Below the pieces are notes generated by a model that was given only the letters and a program-made list of their open reading frames with translations, ran no database searches and had not been told where the DNA came from. Positions 51,901-64,000 of a stretch of 64,000 nt of DNA are shown piece after piece. The stretch covers positions 7,504,001-7,568,000 of the forward strand of contig NC_087245.1 in NCBI RefSeq assembly GCF_037042905.1. The letters are read 5' to 3'. The stretch's first letter is position 1; every line of letters begins with the position of its first letter. A program made the position numbers and the translations under genes. Source of the stretch: Lytechinus pictus (taxonomy: Eukaryota).

Positions 51901-54900
51901 TTTTGTTCATTACTTATATAAATGATATTGATATGTCATCTAGATTGCTTCAATTTATACTTTTCGCTGATGACTAATATATTTCTGTCGCACCCCGATC
52001 CAGAGCAATTGACGCAAATATTCAATGACGAACTAAAAATGTTTCTAATTGGATAACAGCTGACAAACTCTCTCTTAACCTAAAAAAAACTAGCTACATG
52101 CTATTTAGCAACAAGATTACGACTGGACCAAAGGATGTAATTTTAAATGATACTGTCATTCAAAGAGTGCGATCTACTAAATTTTTGGGACTGATCATTG
52201 ACGAAAAACTTTCTTGGATAGCACATATTGATAATATTTGTAAAATCATTGCTCGCAACATTGGTGTCATTAGAAAATTAAGTTACTTCTTACCCCATTA
52301 TATTTTGTTATCATTGTATTCAACGTTAATTTTACCTTACTTGAATTACGGAGTTGTTGCGCGGGGTAACGCAGCGAATTCTCAAATTTATAGACTTTTT
52401 ATTTTACAAAAAAGAGTGATTCGTATCATTAGTCATGCAGAATTCAGGGCACATACAAATATTCTGTTTTTGAGAAATAAAGTCTTGAAGGTTAAATATT
52501 TATATTCTTTTCAACTCGGACAGTTAATGTACAAGTTTATCAATAAACAATTACCGTTACCTTTTAATGATTTGTTTGTAAAAAATGATACAATTCATAA
52601 GCACTTCACTCGCCAGGCAAATTCCTTTCAGTTACCTCTGAATAGAACATCGTTTGCACAGAAGACGTTTGTATTTACTGGTCCAAAATTATGGAATTCT
52701 TTTTCAAATGATATTATGCAATGTAATTCAATACAAAATTTCAAAGGAAAACTTAAAAAATATCTTCTGAATTCATATTAGATTATCGTTTTTTCCCAAA
52801 GTAATGTAATTCAGAACTTAATATGTAAAAGTGTTTATTAATTTCTCTTTGTATATATGTTTAATCGTTTTATGATTTATGTATACAGTGTATACTGAAT
52901 CATTTATTTTTATTATTATTTATTGATTTTTATTTTTATTTGTTTATTTTTTATTCATTATATATATATATATGTATATTGTTTATTTCTTTATTTTATC
53001 TTATTTCTTTATTCATAAAATTTATTTATAAAAGGGGCCTTCACCCTACAAGCTCTGCTTTTTAGTTGGTCTCCTTCCCTTTCGATTTCATGGGTTTCTT
53101 GTATTATAAAAAATGATTTAAATGTTATATTTTGTAAATATGTATATTGAACTATCATTGTAAATGTAAAAAGATTGAAAGAGAAAATAAATGAATTGAA
53201 TTGAATTGAATTTAGGCCTATTGCATAAGGTCATAGACCACTTGAGAGGATAATGGGAACATTTCGACCCAGAAGGCACTATACATTGCAGTGGATTTAC
53301 ACGTATGAGCTTCTTTAGCTCTGTAAAATAAATCCTAAGTAAGCATTTTGTCGAACAATCAGAAATGATAATAAGATGATTCTGATTCACTTAGAGTGAT
53401 ATATAGGCATCTATGTTCTAGGTGATCATTTTAAAGCAAGTCATATTGAATGATAACATGGATAATGTCATTCGATGTTTGAAATAAAAAAACAAAATTT
53501 GTTGCCCGACAGACAAAGATGCGCTCGGGGACATGTCAGGGCATTGTATATTTCAAGACATATAAAATGAATGGCAAAGTTCAATATAAATACAGTCAGA
53601 CGCGTATCCGGGGTTGGAAGGGGCACTTACCCCCCCCCCCCCTCCCCCATTAGTTGTGGAAAATATTCGACTGGCAAGAGCTTCCGAAGTTGGTTGTTAC
53701 CATTGACATCGTTTTTTCCTCCGACAGCTTCTGGAAAATTTCCTAAAACATTTAACATTTAATTTTTTATCGAAATCATTGAATATTTGTCAGATATTAA
53801 GGTGTTGTAAGTCAAATCTGTGATAAAATCGTTAGTTTTAATGTATTGTTTCTTTGGCTCGTTTGCTTCACTCGCTCGAAGAAAATCTGTCGGAGTGTAC
53901 TGCTTAAAACACTCATTCCTCACAAAGTTCTTGTCTCATCATGCCACTAATGAGAGACTTGATTTTTCAAGGTTCCATTCTGTTTATCATCAGAGGAGGA
54001 CGCAACGTATATGGGTTTTTAATACAAATAACACGGCAATGAGCCACTTTGGATATTTGAGTCCAAAGTTCCACGGTCAATCTCACTGACCCAAATTAGC
54101 TGGACATGATAGAGAATATGATATTCCCTATTGCAAAATAACGTAGTTACTTAGTTCTGGGGATTACACTCAGCACTTTACACCATCTGACCATCATGCA
54201 GAAGAAGTAGTTTTACACATTAAATCTTTCACGAACACTGTGAATTTCGAGTTCGGTACTTGTGTCGAGAGCGTAGATCAACACCGCATGTGGGCCCCCC
54301 TTCTGAAATCCTGTACCCGCCCCGTAGTAAAAACAGAGGGTTTCGGTCTTAACAACCAATTTTGATACAGGAACCGGATCATTTTTAAGACTGCCTATAC
54401 AGGATAAAACAATGTATTTAATGACAATGATGTTCCTAAACAGGCCATCAAAATTTAAATAGGATTATAGATTGCCTTTTGGTCTTTTTTTTTTGCATAA
54501 ACAATTTTGTATTGCAACTGTCAACCTAAAAAGAGTTGGTTCATAATCTAAGAACAGACCAAAAGTGCAAGATTAAATTCAAATGTTTCAAGAAAGTATA
54601 TAATCAACTTAGTGAGCATGGTTAATAGATTGTGGTAGGGACTACTCTCCCATTTCTCTTGTACTTGATCATCAGGATTGTGTGTGTGTGTATGGGGGGT
54701 GTTCTATAAAACACATTGCTGCTGCCCTTTCTGTGGGCGTGGGCTTCAATATAAGATCAATGACGTGTGCTGCTTGGGGGTTCCCGGACCCCAAAAAGTT
54801 CCACATCCACGAAACAACAGGAAAAATGAGGAAAAAGGACAGGAAACGGAGATATTGTGCTCATTACGCCACTAACATTCCAAACATGTTAATTACAGCT

Positions 54901-57157
54901 TGATTACTGTTTTTCTGCATGATTTTGTTCAAATTTTCCTAAACTTGCCTTTCTGGTTTCAAACAATTGACTTGGGTTGCATTCCCATTTAACAAAAAAA
55001 ATAATAATATTGCGTTTATTGGTGTGGTGTATACATCCTAGTGACTGTTTTAGGTCATTGTCAAAGCAATATTCAATTGTCAGGGTTAAGTTAAGAAACG
55101 TGAGTAATCCCTTGGTCATTATTGTCATGATAGTAATAACATAATGTTGTCATTGTTTTGACCGGAAATCAACCAAACGCTCACGCAAGAGAGTATTATA
55201 AAAAGTTTGTTTTATTTTTTGTTCTCTATTCTGTATATCAGGCAATAAGAAATGGGAATCTACTGATTTTCAATATTTTACAATCTTTCCCATTCCGATT
55301 GAAATTCATTCTATGAAACACGGTGATGAAGATGACGACGATGATCATGAAAATGACTTTGATGATGATGACGATGATTGTGATGGTGATGATGATGGTG
55401 ATGATGGTAATAATGATCATATTAATGTGTGCTATAAAGCTATAGTTCATATTATTGCTGAGTCCCTTGAAAATACATATTGCGATATTTGTGTCGCCTT
55501 TAGTGCTTTGCATTCTTCAAAATTTCATAATAGGGTATTTTAGCAGTCACTTCGCAGACGCTTTCTATAACGCTAATAATCTCTTGTCAAAAAACCCTTC
55601 AGAACAACTTAAGCAGCCTTCATCGGTGAATCAAAATAGCAGTATCGTCCTGGACTCTCGATAACGATATATTTGCAATTTTCTTTTGATCTGACGATGT
55701 GCTGTCCCCGGTCCACCAACTTTTGACAATGACCTCTAATCTGTCCGTTGTGATTTGACGGTCATTTTCAATAAAATTCTGTACGTTGCAGAAAGCGACT
55801 GCGAAGTGAAAGTTAAGATACGTTACTGTGTGGAAGAGTATAAGAACATTGGTCTTGATTGATTTCAACATTACATGGATTCAAAAACTAATCCGGATTG
55901 GCTGTGGTAATAGTAACGTCAAACTTGGGAATTAATGCGAACCCTAAACGTAATTTACTTATTTCAATATGAATATTCGGTTACCATGGCAAATTGTCTT
56001 GTAGAAACCATTTGCTTAACAAAACGACACCATTGTTTAAGACAACCCAATGGCTTTTTAGGATATTCACATTGTCATTGTATTATTTGGTCTTACCATC
56101 TGCGGTATCCGTTTGTTTCTAAAATATATTGTATCTTGATATGAGAGGGAGCACGGCGAGCTAGAAAATTGACATTTTTTTCTTAAGAGTATAGAAATGC
56201 TATTGTCAAAATGCACCACCAGTAAGATATCCCAAAATATCTGAAAGTGATTAAGAAACAATAACTCCCAAAGACAACTCTGTTTAGACATTTTGCTTGA
56301 GGTCAAAAGATTTTTTTTCAACCAGTGATCGACTGTGGAAAAGAATGAAAGGTAAGATTCATCTTTTATAAACGAATTAATGGTGTATTTGCAGGGTCAT
56401 GATAATAAATTAGTTATTCACTATGTAAGGTAGGAGTACTGGTGCTCAGTGATCTCAGTCTAAAGTAAAGACCTTACGAGCGAGTGTAGCAAGCAAGAAA
56501 ATATTTTGTTCAATTTATTTTTTTCTTAAAGAATGTCAGTAACCGATGAAAGAAGAATTATCTTTAAATGAATATACCTAATTTCTTACCCAGCAAGCCA
56601 TTTTAACATTTTGGAGAATAAGTAATTTGTATCTATACAGTCATAGATTCAATAAAATAATTCTAAATATTAGTCATTGTACTCAGGGCCCTGAGAACGA
56701 TTTTTTTACAGGGGGTGCTGATGTAAATTTGACAAGCCAAAAAAAGGTTTCTATACAGAATGTAGGTCATTTTGCTTATATTTCTACATGTTGTAACACC
56801 TACCAGAATTCCAGGGGGTGCTTTCTATGGAAAATAATACACGCAGCACCCCCAAGGAAATCTTGGGGGTTCTTCAGCACCCCAGTACCCCCGCTTACCA
56901 GGGCCATGATTGTAATGTTTAGCGTTATACTTACAAGCCATGAAATATATTGTAAGCTCAACAGATAAAATGAATCCAAGGATCCCATAGTTTGTATCGA
57001 GTTTGCGGATGAGGGTGGGTATTAATAATCCAAATGCTTTCAAGAGTCCCGTTGTGAGAAAATCAAGACTGAACTTAGACACCAGGACAGCGTATCGCCA
57101 TTTGTCTGTCGATTCACCTTGAGAATGTTGAATGTTTCTCCTCTCTGACGACGCCAT
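45933..57157 (-). CDS. Monocarboxylate transporter (SLC16)-like MFS transporter, 472 aa
   Basis: Four exons joined by phase-1 introns: 57157-56935, 48566-48426, 47441-46530, 46075-45933 (1419 nt). Pattern consistent with 12 TM helices and a large central loop; motifs KW-R-Y-AVL, GLLKAFG, LLERYGLEGA and AGSLYDITGSF. Confidence 0.88.
50087..50241. mobile_element. Short MITE (PIF/Harbinger-like termini)
   Basis: TIRs GCAGTCACATTTCCCC and GGGGAAATGTGACTGC. Confidence 0.75.
50362..53212 (+). mobile_element. Degenerate CR1/L2-group (Crack-like) LINE, antisense within intron 1 of the transporter
   Basis: MGDFNYDL, SDMSDHFPIF, YRPISLL, LDFSKAFDTIDH, GVPQGSILGP, FADD, across several frameshifts and stops; ORF ends at 52781; AATAAA and a (TGAAT)n tail at 53186-53212. 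Confidence 0.92.
55320..55420. repeat. (GAT)n imperfect microsatellite
   Basis: Visible trinucleotide run that explains the spurious poly-Asp and poly-Ile ORFs. Confidence 0.85.
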
Positions 57158-57529
57158 TATTGATTTCGTGCAGTTGTCTTTTCAAAACTGACTTACTTTA
57201 TTTTGTCAATAGTGTTTGTATAAAATTTGCAGTTGAATGAGCATGCTCCGAGGGTGGACGTACGCATTGAATTGATAAGTTGCCAATGTTACATTGCTTG
57301 CACCCAAGTTCTATAGCCAGGATTTCATATTTGGGAGATTATATTTGCCCGTCGTGCCCGTTGCAAACCTTAAATCTCGAACTTTCCCAACTTCAACGCG
57401 AGTACCTTCGTTGGTTGTTGAGCAGAATATACTTTAAAGTCTTTGTTTATTTCTTGGTTTGTTCATTCCACCCCCTCTGAAAGTAATCCATGTCCAGTGG
57501 CATAACGGGCTGGCGGATTTCACCGTTAA

Positions 57530-58898
57530 GCCCCAGTCACATATAGACACGGATCCTCACGGATCAACACGGCAATGCCGGCATGATCCGGGGAGGTCCG
57601 GGATCGTTTTGCCCCGGATTGAGCGTAAACACGGCATCTACACGGCATCTTCACACGGATCTACACGGATCATGCCGGCAGAGCACGTCGTCAACACGGA
57701 CCAACACGTCAGCAACACGGACCTCCACGTCAGCAACACGGACCAACACGTCAGCTACACGGACCAACACGTCAACAACACGGACCAACACGTCAGCTAC
57801 AAGGACCAACACGGATCAACACGTCAGCAACACGGACCTACACGTCACCAACACGTCAGCTACACGGACCAACACGTCAGCTACACGGACCAACACGTAA
57901 GCTCAAGGACCAACACGGCAGCTTTATTGACTAGCACGGCAAATGAAAATCTGCTCATAATAATGAGCTGATATTTATTTATTATTTTTTTTCCTCATCC
58001 TTGTCGCAACATTATATTATGTTGTTTTTAAAAAAGGTATCAAAACTTAGAACTTCCTTAACCAGTAAAAACGCTGTTTTTTTTTATACAACACAGTTTA
58101 CTGTTTTAACAGTAGTTGTTAAGTACTTTAAATCTTGAACGACAAATTTAATTTCAATTTGACTTGATATCACTTTATTGAAATCACAATAAAGGAAAGA
58201 AATTTACAAAGTCAATAGAAAACATAATAAAAAAAATAAGATAGGCCCAGGTCATGACTCATAACTGTCGATGCAGGGCAGTAGTATAAAACTTAATGTA
58301 CAATTTTGATGTAACAGGTACATAACATTTATTTTAAGAAAATGAAATGTGAAATAATAATAACAGACAAAGTTGGGGTAAATATTAAAAAAAAAAGAGA
58401 AAAAGAATTATTCATACATGTACTAAGTTTACAAATATTAGGTTGGGGCCAATCTCCAAAGCGTAAGAAAATATCCTGAATCGTTTAATCATCCATTTAA
58501 TCATAAATAAATTAAGCATGTTTGTGTCAACTGTTTAACAACTCCTGAAAGGTTCATAAAGTAAATAGCGTTGTAAAGATTTGATGGGAAAAAAGAACAC
58601 GGACTGCCAAGGATACTCCAGGCAGCCACACGGACCTACACGGCAGCTACACGGACCTATACGGCAGCCACACGGACCTACACGGCAGCTACACGGACCA
58701 TCCCGGATGGCTTTGCCAACCCGGCAGTCCACGGATGACGCCGGATGTTTTTGACAGTCAAAAACTGCCGTGTTGGCTTCCCGGACGTTCAAGGACCAAC
58801 ACGGACCACCCCGGACCTCCAAGGATGCCCAAGGCGCCAACACGGATCTCTCCCCGGACCACCCCGGATCAGATCCGGGGTCTATATGTGACTGGGGC
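57530..58898. mobile_element. 1.37-kb non-autonomous DNA transposon with internal 21-bp tandem repeats and a nested LINE tail
   Basis: Perfect TIRs GCCCCAGTCACATATAGAC and GTCTATATGTGACTGGGGC flanked by TTAA (alternatively a TA TSD with AGCCCC termini). CACGGACCAACACGTCAGCAA-type repeats at ~57690-57920 and ~58596-58700. Confidence 0.85.
58150..58592 (-). mobile_element. 3' tail of a LINE nested in the TIR element
   Basis: Minus strand: ...IKSLQRYLLYEPFRSC*, then an AT-rich UTR, AATAAA and a short (TTGAA)-like tail. Confidence 0.45.
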
Positions 58899-59344
58899 TT
58901 AAGATTTAAACAAATGCCGGGAAAAAAGAAAAGGGAGAAAGGGGAAGAAAGGGAAGAAAAAGATGAAAGGGGGGAAAGAGAAAGGGAAAAGGTGAAGAAA
59001 AAAACTAAGAAAAAAACTTTAAAATGGTAAAACGTAAGGAAAGAGGGAAAGGAAGGAAAGAAGAACACGTGAGAAAGAACAAATCATCCAGAAATATTCA
59101 TACATTAGCATAAGTAAGAAAAGGAAATAAATTTAAAAATGACAAAATGGCCAACAAAAGCGGAAAATGAAGGTAGAATGGAAAGAGACAAAAGTTAAAT
59201 TGGATAATGAAGAAAAGGGACAAGAAAAAAAAGAGAAGAACTTAATAACACGACCGGACTGCCGAGGATTGAAAATAACGAACTGCAAGGACAACAGAAT
59301 GCCAATTACTGATGGAGTTACCCTGCTAAAAAGACTTACAAATG

Positions 59345-59445
59345 AATAGATAAATAAATGAATAAATAAATAAATACATAAATAAATAAATAAATACATA
59401 AATACATAGATAAATAAATGAATAAATAAATAAATAAATAAATGG
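59345..59445. repeat. (ATAA)n microsatellite
   Basis: Visible imperfect tetranucleotide run. Confidence 0.9.
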
Positions 59446-62400
59446 CACACAACTATAAGCTTGCTAAAACTTTGGGCAATAACGGTCGCAATCAGGACAA
59501 AATGTCCTTAGCCAGAGGCTAGAATACCCCCCTATATATGCCCCTACCTAAGTAGCGCTGGAAAGAGTTACCGTAAAAAGCTAAATTTCCAAAGCTACCG
59601 CGCTCTGCCCCAGACCCCATGCAGTAGGAGCTCTTCATATGTAACTTAAAGGTCTCTATAATAACGGGTCCCCTGTATGGCTCCTTCCTGCATGAACCTT
59701 TACGTTGAAGCACTGGCGTACGGGGGGGGCTTGGTTCCACAGCCAAGGGAAATAAAAATGAAGGATGCAACGGAATGAAATGAGTGGAAAGCAGTGAAAT
59801 ATGAGATGTGCTAAATTTGGACGCCTATGCCATGTCTACTGCGAGTTAAAATTAAAAAAGTATTTATATTGTTAAATTGCTTGACCAGGATACCAGAAAA
59901 TTCAAGATAACAGAATATTCGTTCAAGCAAATACACCATTATTTTTTCAAAGCTCCCTTGAGCTTTTCCAACCCTTCTTGCGATTTAGCAAGTTTATCGT
60001 ACTTTTCTAGGTATAACAATCCTGAAACGAATATTCACTCATTTCAGTGGGGTTTGTAACGTAAATAAGTAACAGGCATGTTTATTGTTCACTCTTCCAT
60101 TGAATATCACTATTGACTCCAGACTTCGAGTTAGATAATTAATATCTAAGAATAAATGGATGATAAAGAGACAAAAGAAGACTAGCACACGATGGGACGC
60201 CGATGCTCCTGCGACATAATGGGTCATATATATTTCTGCTGTATTCTGCAGGGTCGCGTTAATTGCGGACAAGGGTGACTTATATCATTCTTCAATTATT
60301 TCGACTATTTCAGGGAAATCAATAATTCATGCCACCTCTTATTTATTTTTCAAATTTTACTCAACCACGTAGCCAGGATTTAATTTTGTAGAGGGCGGTA
60401 AGTGCACGCGAAGCGCGCTCCCTGCTAGGGGGCGGGTGCAGGGAGGGGGGAGGTATATCATCAAATTCCAATCAAAAGAAGGCGTCTCTTGCGTCTCTCG
60501 TACCCTTATTAACTCGAATTAAATTGAATTGCTTTGATTTAAAAAAAAACTTGTTTTCAAAATAAATTATGAGCTAAAAGATTTGAAATAAGATTGAAGA
60601 ATTTGAAATAAACGTTTTATTTTATTTAGAAACAGAAGTAGTAAGACATGCCTACCTTGGTCACATCAGATTTGATTTAAATTTCGTTAATTGAAGTTAA
60701 CTCAAGTCGCAAAACAGAGTAGAAGACGTGTATATGCAGGAAGGAAATAGGCCCTATTCCTTCCTTCCCGCGAATGGCGTTGAAACTCTGAATTTTCGAT
60801 TTTTTTTCTGAAACTTTAATCTGTTATAATTTTGACATTTCATAGACTATAACTCGATTAAGAAGAAAAACGAGCTCAAAATGTGAAAGGGATGATGCAA
60901 GCTAGAAGAGGGACTTAATTTTCCTTTCTCATGCTCGCGAAGCACGGTAACCTTTGTGATTTATTTTGGAAGAAATAAAATTGTGTAATTTTTCTCATAT
61001 TAAGTGCTTCCTTTTGTTTGATTAAAAAACTACAGTGATATTAAAAAAATTAAATCAATGGCTCAAAACAAGACAGGAGATGGATGTGCAACGATATGGA
61101 ATAAAGTTTCATATCGTACATACTTCTGCATATAGCACGGCACGAATTTAATGTCTCCCCTTTTGAGCAGATACACTTTGCCAAAAAACTACTTGCTTAA
61201 AAGCGCCGGAAAGAAATATAATTTGGGGAGTCGGGAAGTGACGGTAAAGTTTACCCGCTCCGAACAGAAGAGCCGACATTTTGTGTCAATGCAATTAAAA
61301 AATAATAATTTCCATAGTATACTCCTTACACCCATACATAATTTCTGGCAAGAATATACGACTCCCACAGCCGGGAAGGGGGAAAACGAAGTAGAAAAAA
61401 GGTGTGGGAAACAAAAGGGAAAGGCAATTTTGATATTTTTCCCGCGCGAAAGCAAAATTTTGTATATATGAAGAAAGATTATCAACTTTTCGTTTCGGTT
61501 TTTTATTCTTTCGACAAAAAAGAAGGAAAAAGCAACGAAACTATACCTTTCTACCCTTTTCTCATTTCGCTTTTTCTCCTTTCCCTCTCCTTTTTTTTTC
61601 TTTTTGGGGGCGTTTTGGGGGTGGCGACCGCCCCCCCCCCTAGCCTGGCTACGCGCCTGTATAAACATCAGCATTAAGCATGTTAAGCTCTTTACAGACG
61701 TTATAATAATTATCATTATAATTATATAATACTATGTTTTACTCTTCAAAACAATTATTATGATTATTGACTTATCACCGTCATTATATATTATAATCAT
61801 GCCTTGTTCTTTTCTTGCCGATACACTCTTATTTCTGAGGAGTCAAATTTGACTCGGAATGGCTCCAGCTGGGAATCAAAACTCTGTTTCGAGTCAAAGT
61901 GACTCGTGGAGTTTTTTTAAGTTGAGGCCAGATCATTTCCAGTCAAATGGATTCAGAATCTGAATCACTTTTTCATCACCAGATAAGTTTCTTTATCGGC
62001 TAATACGCATATCACAATGGCATGAATGGCTCAGAATACCCGCATTCAAATTCTCAGGTCATGCGCTTAAAACCCCGGGCTTAAAACACGACAAATGTTG
62101 TCAAGGGTCTATGAATACGAATAGAAGAAGTTTCGAGATAGAACCTCTTTGGTCTCGCCCTGTATATAACATTGAAAACCAGTTTGGTATAATAACAATA
62201 CTTTCTCTTGTTTAGGCTTGGCGAACAAAAAGCAAGGTGCACCTTCGTAGGATTGTTATGAAGCAAGGCATGAATTTATAGTTACTGCCAAACAAAGGTG
62301 TTACGTAATGTGAATGATTTTTTTAAAAGTATTTTTACAAGTATATGTAACAAGCAATAGGTTGGGATTTAGCTTGGATTTCTACTTCCTGTGGAGTTCA

Positions 62401-62639
62401 TTTCCATAAGCATTGTAGGCCTACATGTTATGAACGTAGTCAATTTCAAGCGGCAGTTATCCAATTTGAAAAGTCAATGGAATAAACGAAAAATATATCT
62501 GGAGATTCAACAATACTTCTAAGAGTTTTACCGAACATTGCTAGTAAGACATCTTAAAGACTGTACTTACTTGACTTACATTTAACCCAAGATACCAACA
62601 ACAACAACAACAACAGCGTGGTGCATCCGCTGACCTCCT

Positions 62640-63200
62640 CGCCCAGTAATTCTTTCACAAGTAACTCTTTGGGAATTTACTTTGGATTAATTAAATCGGC
62701 CATAATAAGCTAGTTCACAGTTAAGTCATTCCTGTGATGACCTCGAGTTTATAAATTTCCACAGATGATTCAAATTAAACAGAAAATTCCATATTTTGGC
62801 ATATAATCTCTGCGTAAACTGTGAAAGAGATTATGTTTCTTGAGTATAGCGTATACATGTATTTTCTTCTTGAACAATTAATTGAATAAATCATTCTTAC
62901 ATTGGGGTATCATGGAAGCCACCTTGAGTAAAAAACATCGTATTCTTACATGTCTGGCTTGGCAATAATTCCAATTCATGTATAATTATCTTCTCATGAG
63001 GGAGTTCAGATTTCAATATTAAGCCTCAGTGTTTGGATTTCATTTCACAAATTGTACTATGTCAATCAATCCTCTGGCATTTTTTAGGTCAGTTAGTTCG
63101 GTCTGCAATAATCTTTATCTTTACATTTTCATAATTTATTTGTAAATTGCCTTACTTTGGGAAAGATCTCATCAGATATCAGACATTCTTGCATAAAGGT
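62640..63200 (-). mobile_element. Possible ancient LINE RT remnant
   Basis: Minus strand TTGCAGACCGAACTAAC resembles F-A-D-D-T-N; the surrounding sequence is heavily decayed. Confidence 0.3.
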
Positions 63201-63227
63201 CTTTACTGAAATCATTGGATAATCCTG

Positions 63228-63296
63228 AAGATTTGGAGTCTATAAATACTGTGCGCAAGTACTACTTACGCACAGTATTTATAGACTCCGAATCTT
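63228..63296. repeat. Near-perfect 69-bp palindrome (34-bp arms, 1-nt centre)
   Basis: AAGATTTGGAGTCTATAAATACTGTGCGCAAGTA-C-TACTTACGCACAGTATTTATAGACTCCGAATCTT, with two mismatches. Confidence 0.9.
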
Positions 63297-63464
63297 AGTA
63301 GGCAAACCAAGCATGAACTCTATGCTATCCAACAGTAGAGTATGGAACAGCAACCCCTCAGCGTTTTATGGATACCTATACCTCAAGTTGGCTCACCTTG
63401 TCTGATCGAGCAGTTTCCTTTCACGGCACCCATTTTACCAAAACTCGAAAAAATATCAATATCT

Positions 63465-63565
63465 TTATTAAATGCCTTGTTCAATGGCGCAGTCGGGGAT
63501 CGAACCCCAGAATTACATGTGTCTAGTCAGGAGTCCTATATAGTCTACTCTACCAACATGACTTC
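63465..63565 (-). mobile_element. Decayed tRNA-derived SINE of the same family as 2015-2139
   Basis: Shares TTAAATGCCTTG, GGGGATCGAAC and TCTAGTCAGG with the 2.1-kb copy. Confidence 0.6.
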
Positions 63566-64000
63566 TATATCAGGCCCTACAACATGTACAATTCAGACGT
63601 ACACTTAGGGTAGACCTATAACGACAAAAGCGGATAAAAGTATCTCGGATGAGTTGCTATTTATTGTTACAGACAAAAAATATTCTGAAATATAGTTTTA
63701 TGTCATGTGTTCTATACGCCCTGGATACTACCACACCAATTCATTAAATAGTGGATTGAAGCTATATCAACACAAGACAAAATCCCAGATACCGCCCTCT
63801 ATGATTTTACACGTAGTGGGAAATTACAGAGAACCGTGGAATTATGTCGAAAAGCAATCGACAAAAACAGTGGACAATTTGCACTTCCAGGGTTTTCCCA
63901 TTTTATTCCATTTCCGTTTTATTTATTCATTTAGTTATTCATGTATTTATTTATCTAGTTCTTTTCTTTCTTTCTACGTTCCCCTACTTTCATATATATA

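Noticed and set aside
55238..55543. Poly-Asp and poly-Ile ORFs
   Set aside because: Products of a (GAT)n microsatellite.
57690..57920. CRISPR-like repeat array
   Set aside because: The units are contiguous with no unique spacers, there are no cas genes, and the DNA is eukaryotic.
57459..57971. 170-aa and 105-aa ORFs with HVSNTDQ / TSATRTN heptads
   Set aside because: They are translations of the 21-bp tandem repeat inside a TIR element, open in more than one frame, with no gene context.
61835..61860. Second hammerhead candidate CTGAGGA-GTCAA/TTGAC
   Set aside because: No GAAA follows the stem; it is part of a GAGTCA/TGACTC repeat patch.
63225..63296. Hammerhead using CTGAAGA plus the palindrome as stem II
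   Set aside because: The stem is followed by GAAT rather than GAAA, and the geometry does not fit.

Overview
AT-rich, intron-rich animal genomic DNA. The repeat families resemble those of sea urchins or other marine deuterostomes, which is an inference. Exons were assembled by hand from GT-AG sites and checked for phase. The window holds: (1) the last three exons and long 3' UTR of an unidentified + strand gene (2170-4066); (2) a candidate two-exon small gene at 9.95-11.3 kb that the ORF track misses; (3) two complete 16-exon NRF-6-like membrane O-acyltransferase paralogs (NRF domain plus Acyl_transf_3), head-to-head across 2.15 kb (minus 12912-23254, 802 aa; plus 25403-42009, 800 aa); (4) a 4-exon SLC16/MCT-like MFS transporter (minus 45933-57157, 472 aa). 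Introns and intergenic DNA contain L2/CR1-clade LINE fragments, tRNA-derived SINEs and many MITEs. The most notable observations are exon-restricted homogenisation between the two acyltransferase paralogs, a Penelope-type minimal hammerhead ribozyme motif at 1429-1465, a young L2 inserted into a SINE B-box, a transporter lacking the canonical TM8 Asp/Arg pair, and a 34-bp-arm palindrome at 63228-63296. No CRISPR array, rRNA or true tRNA gene is supported.
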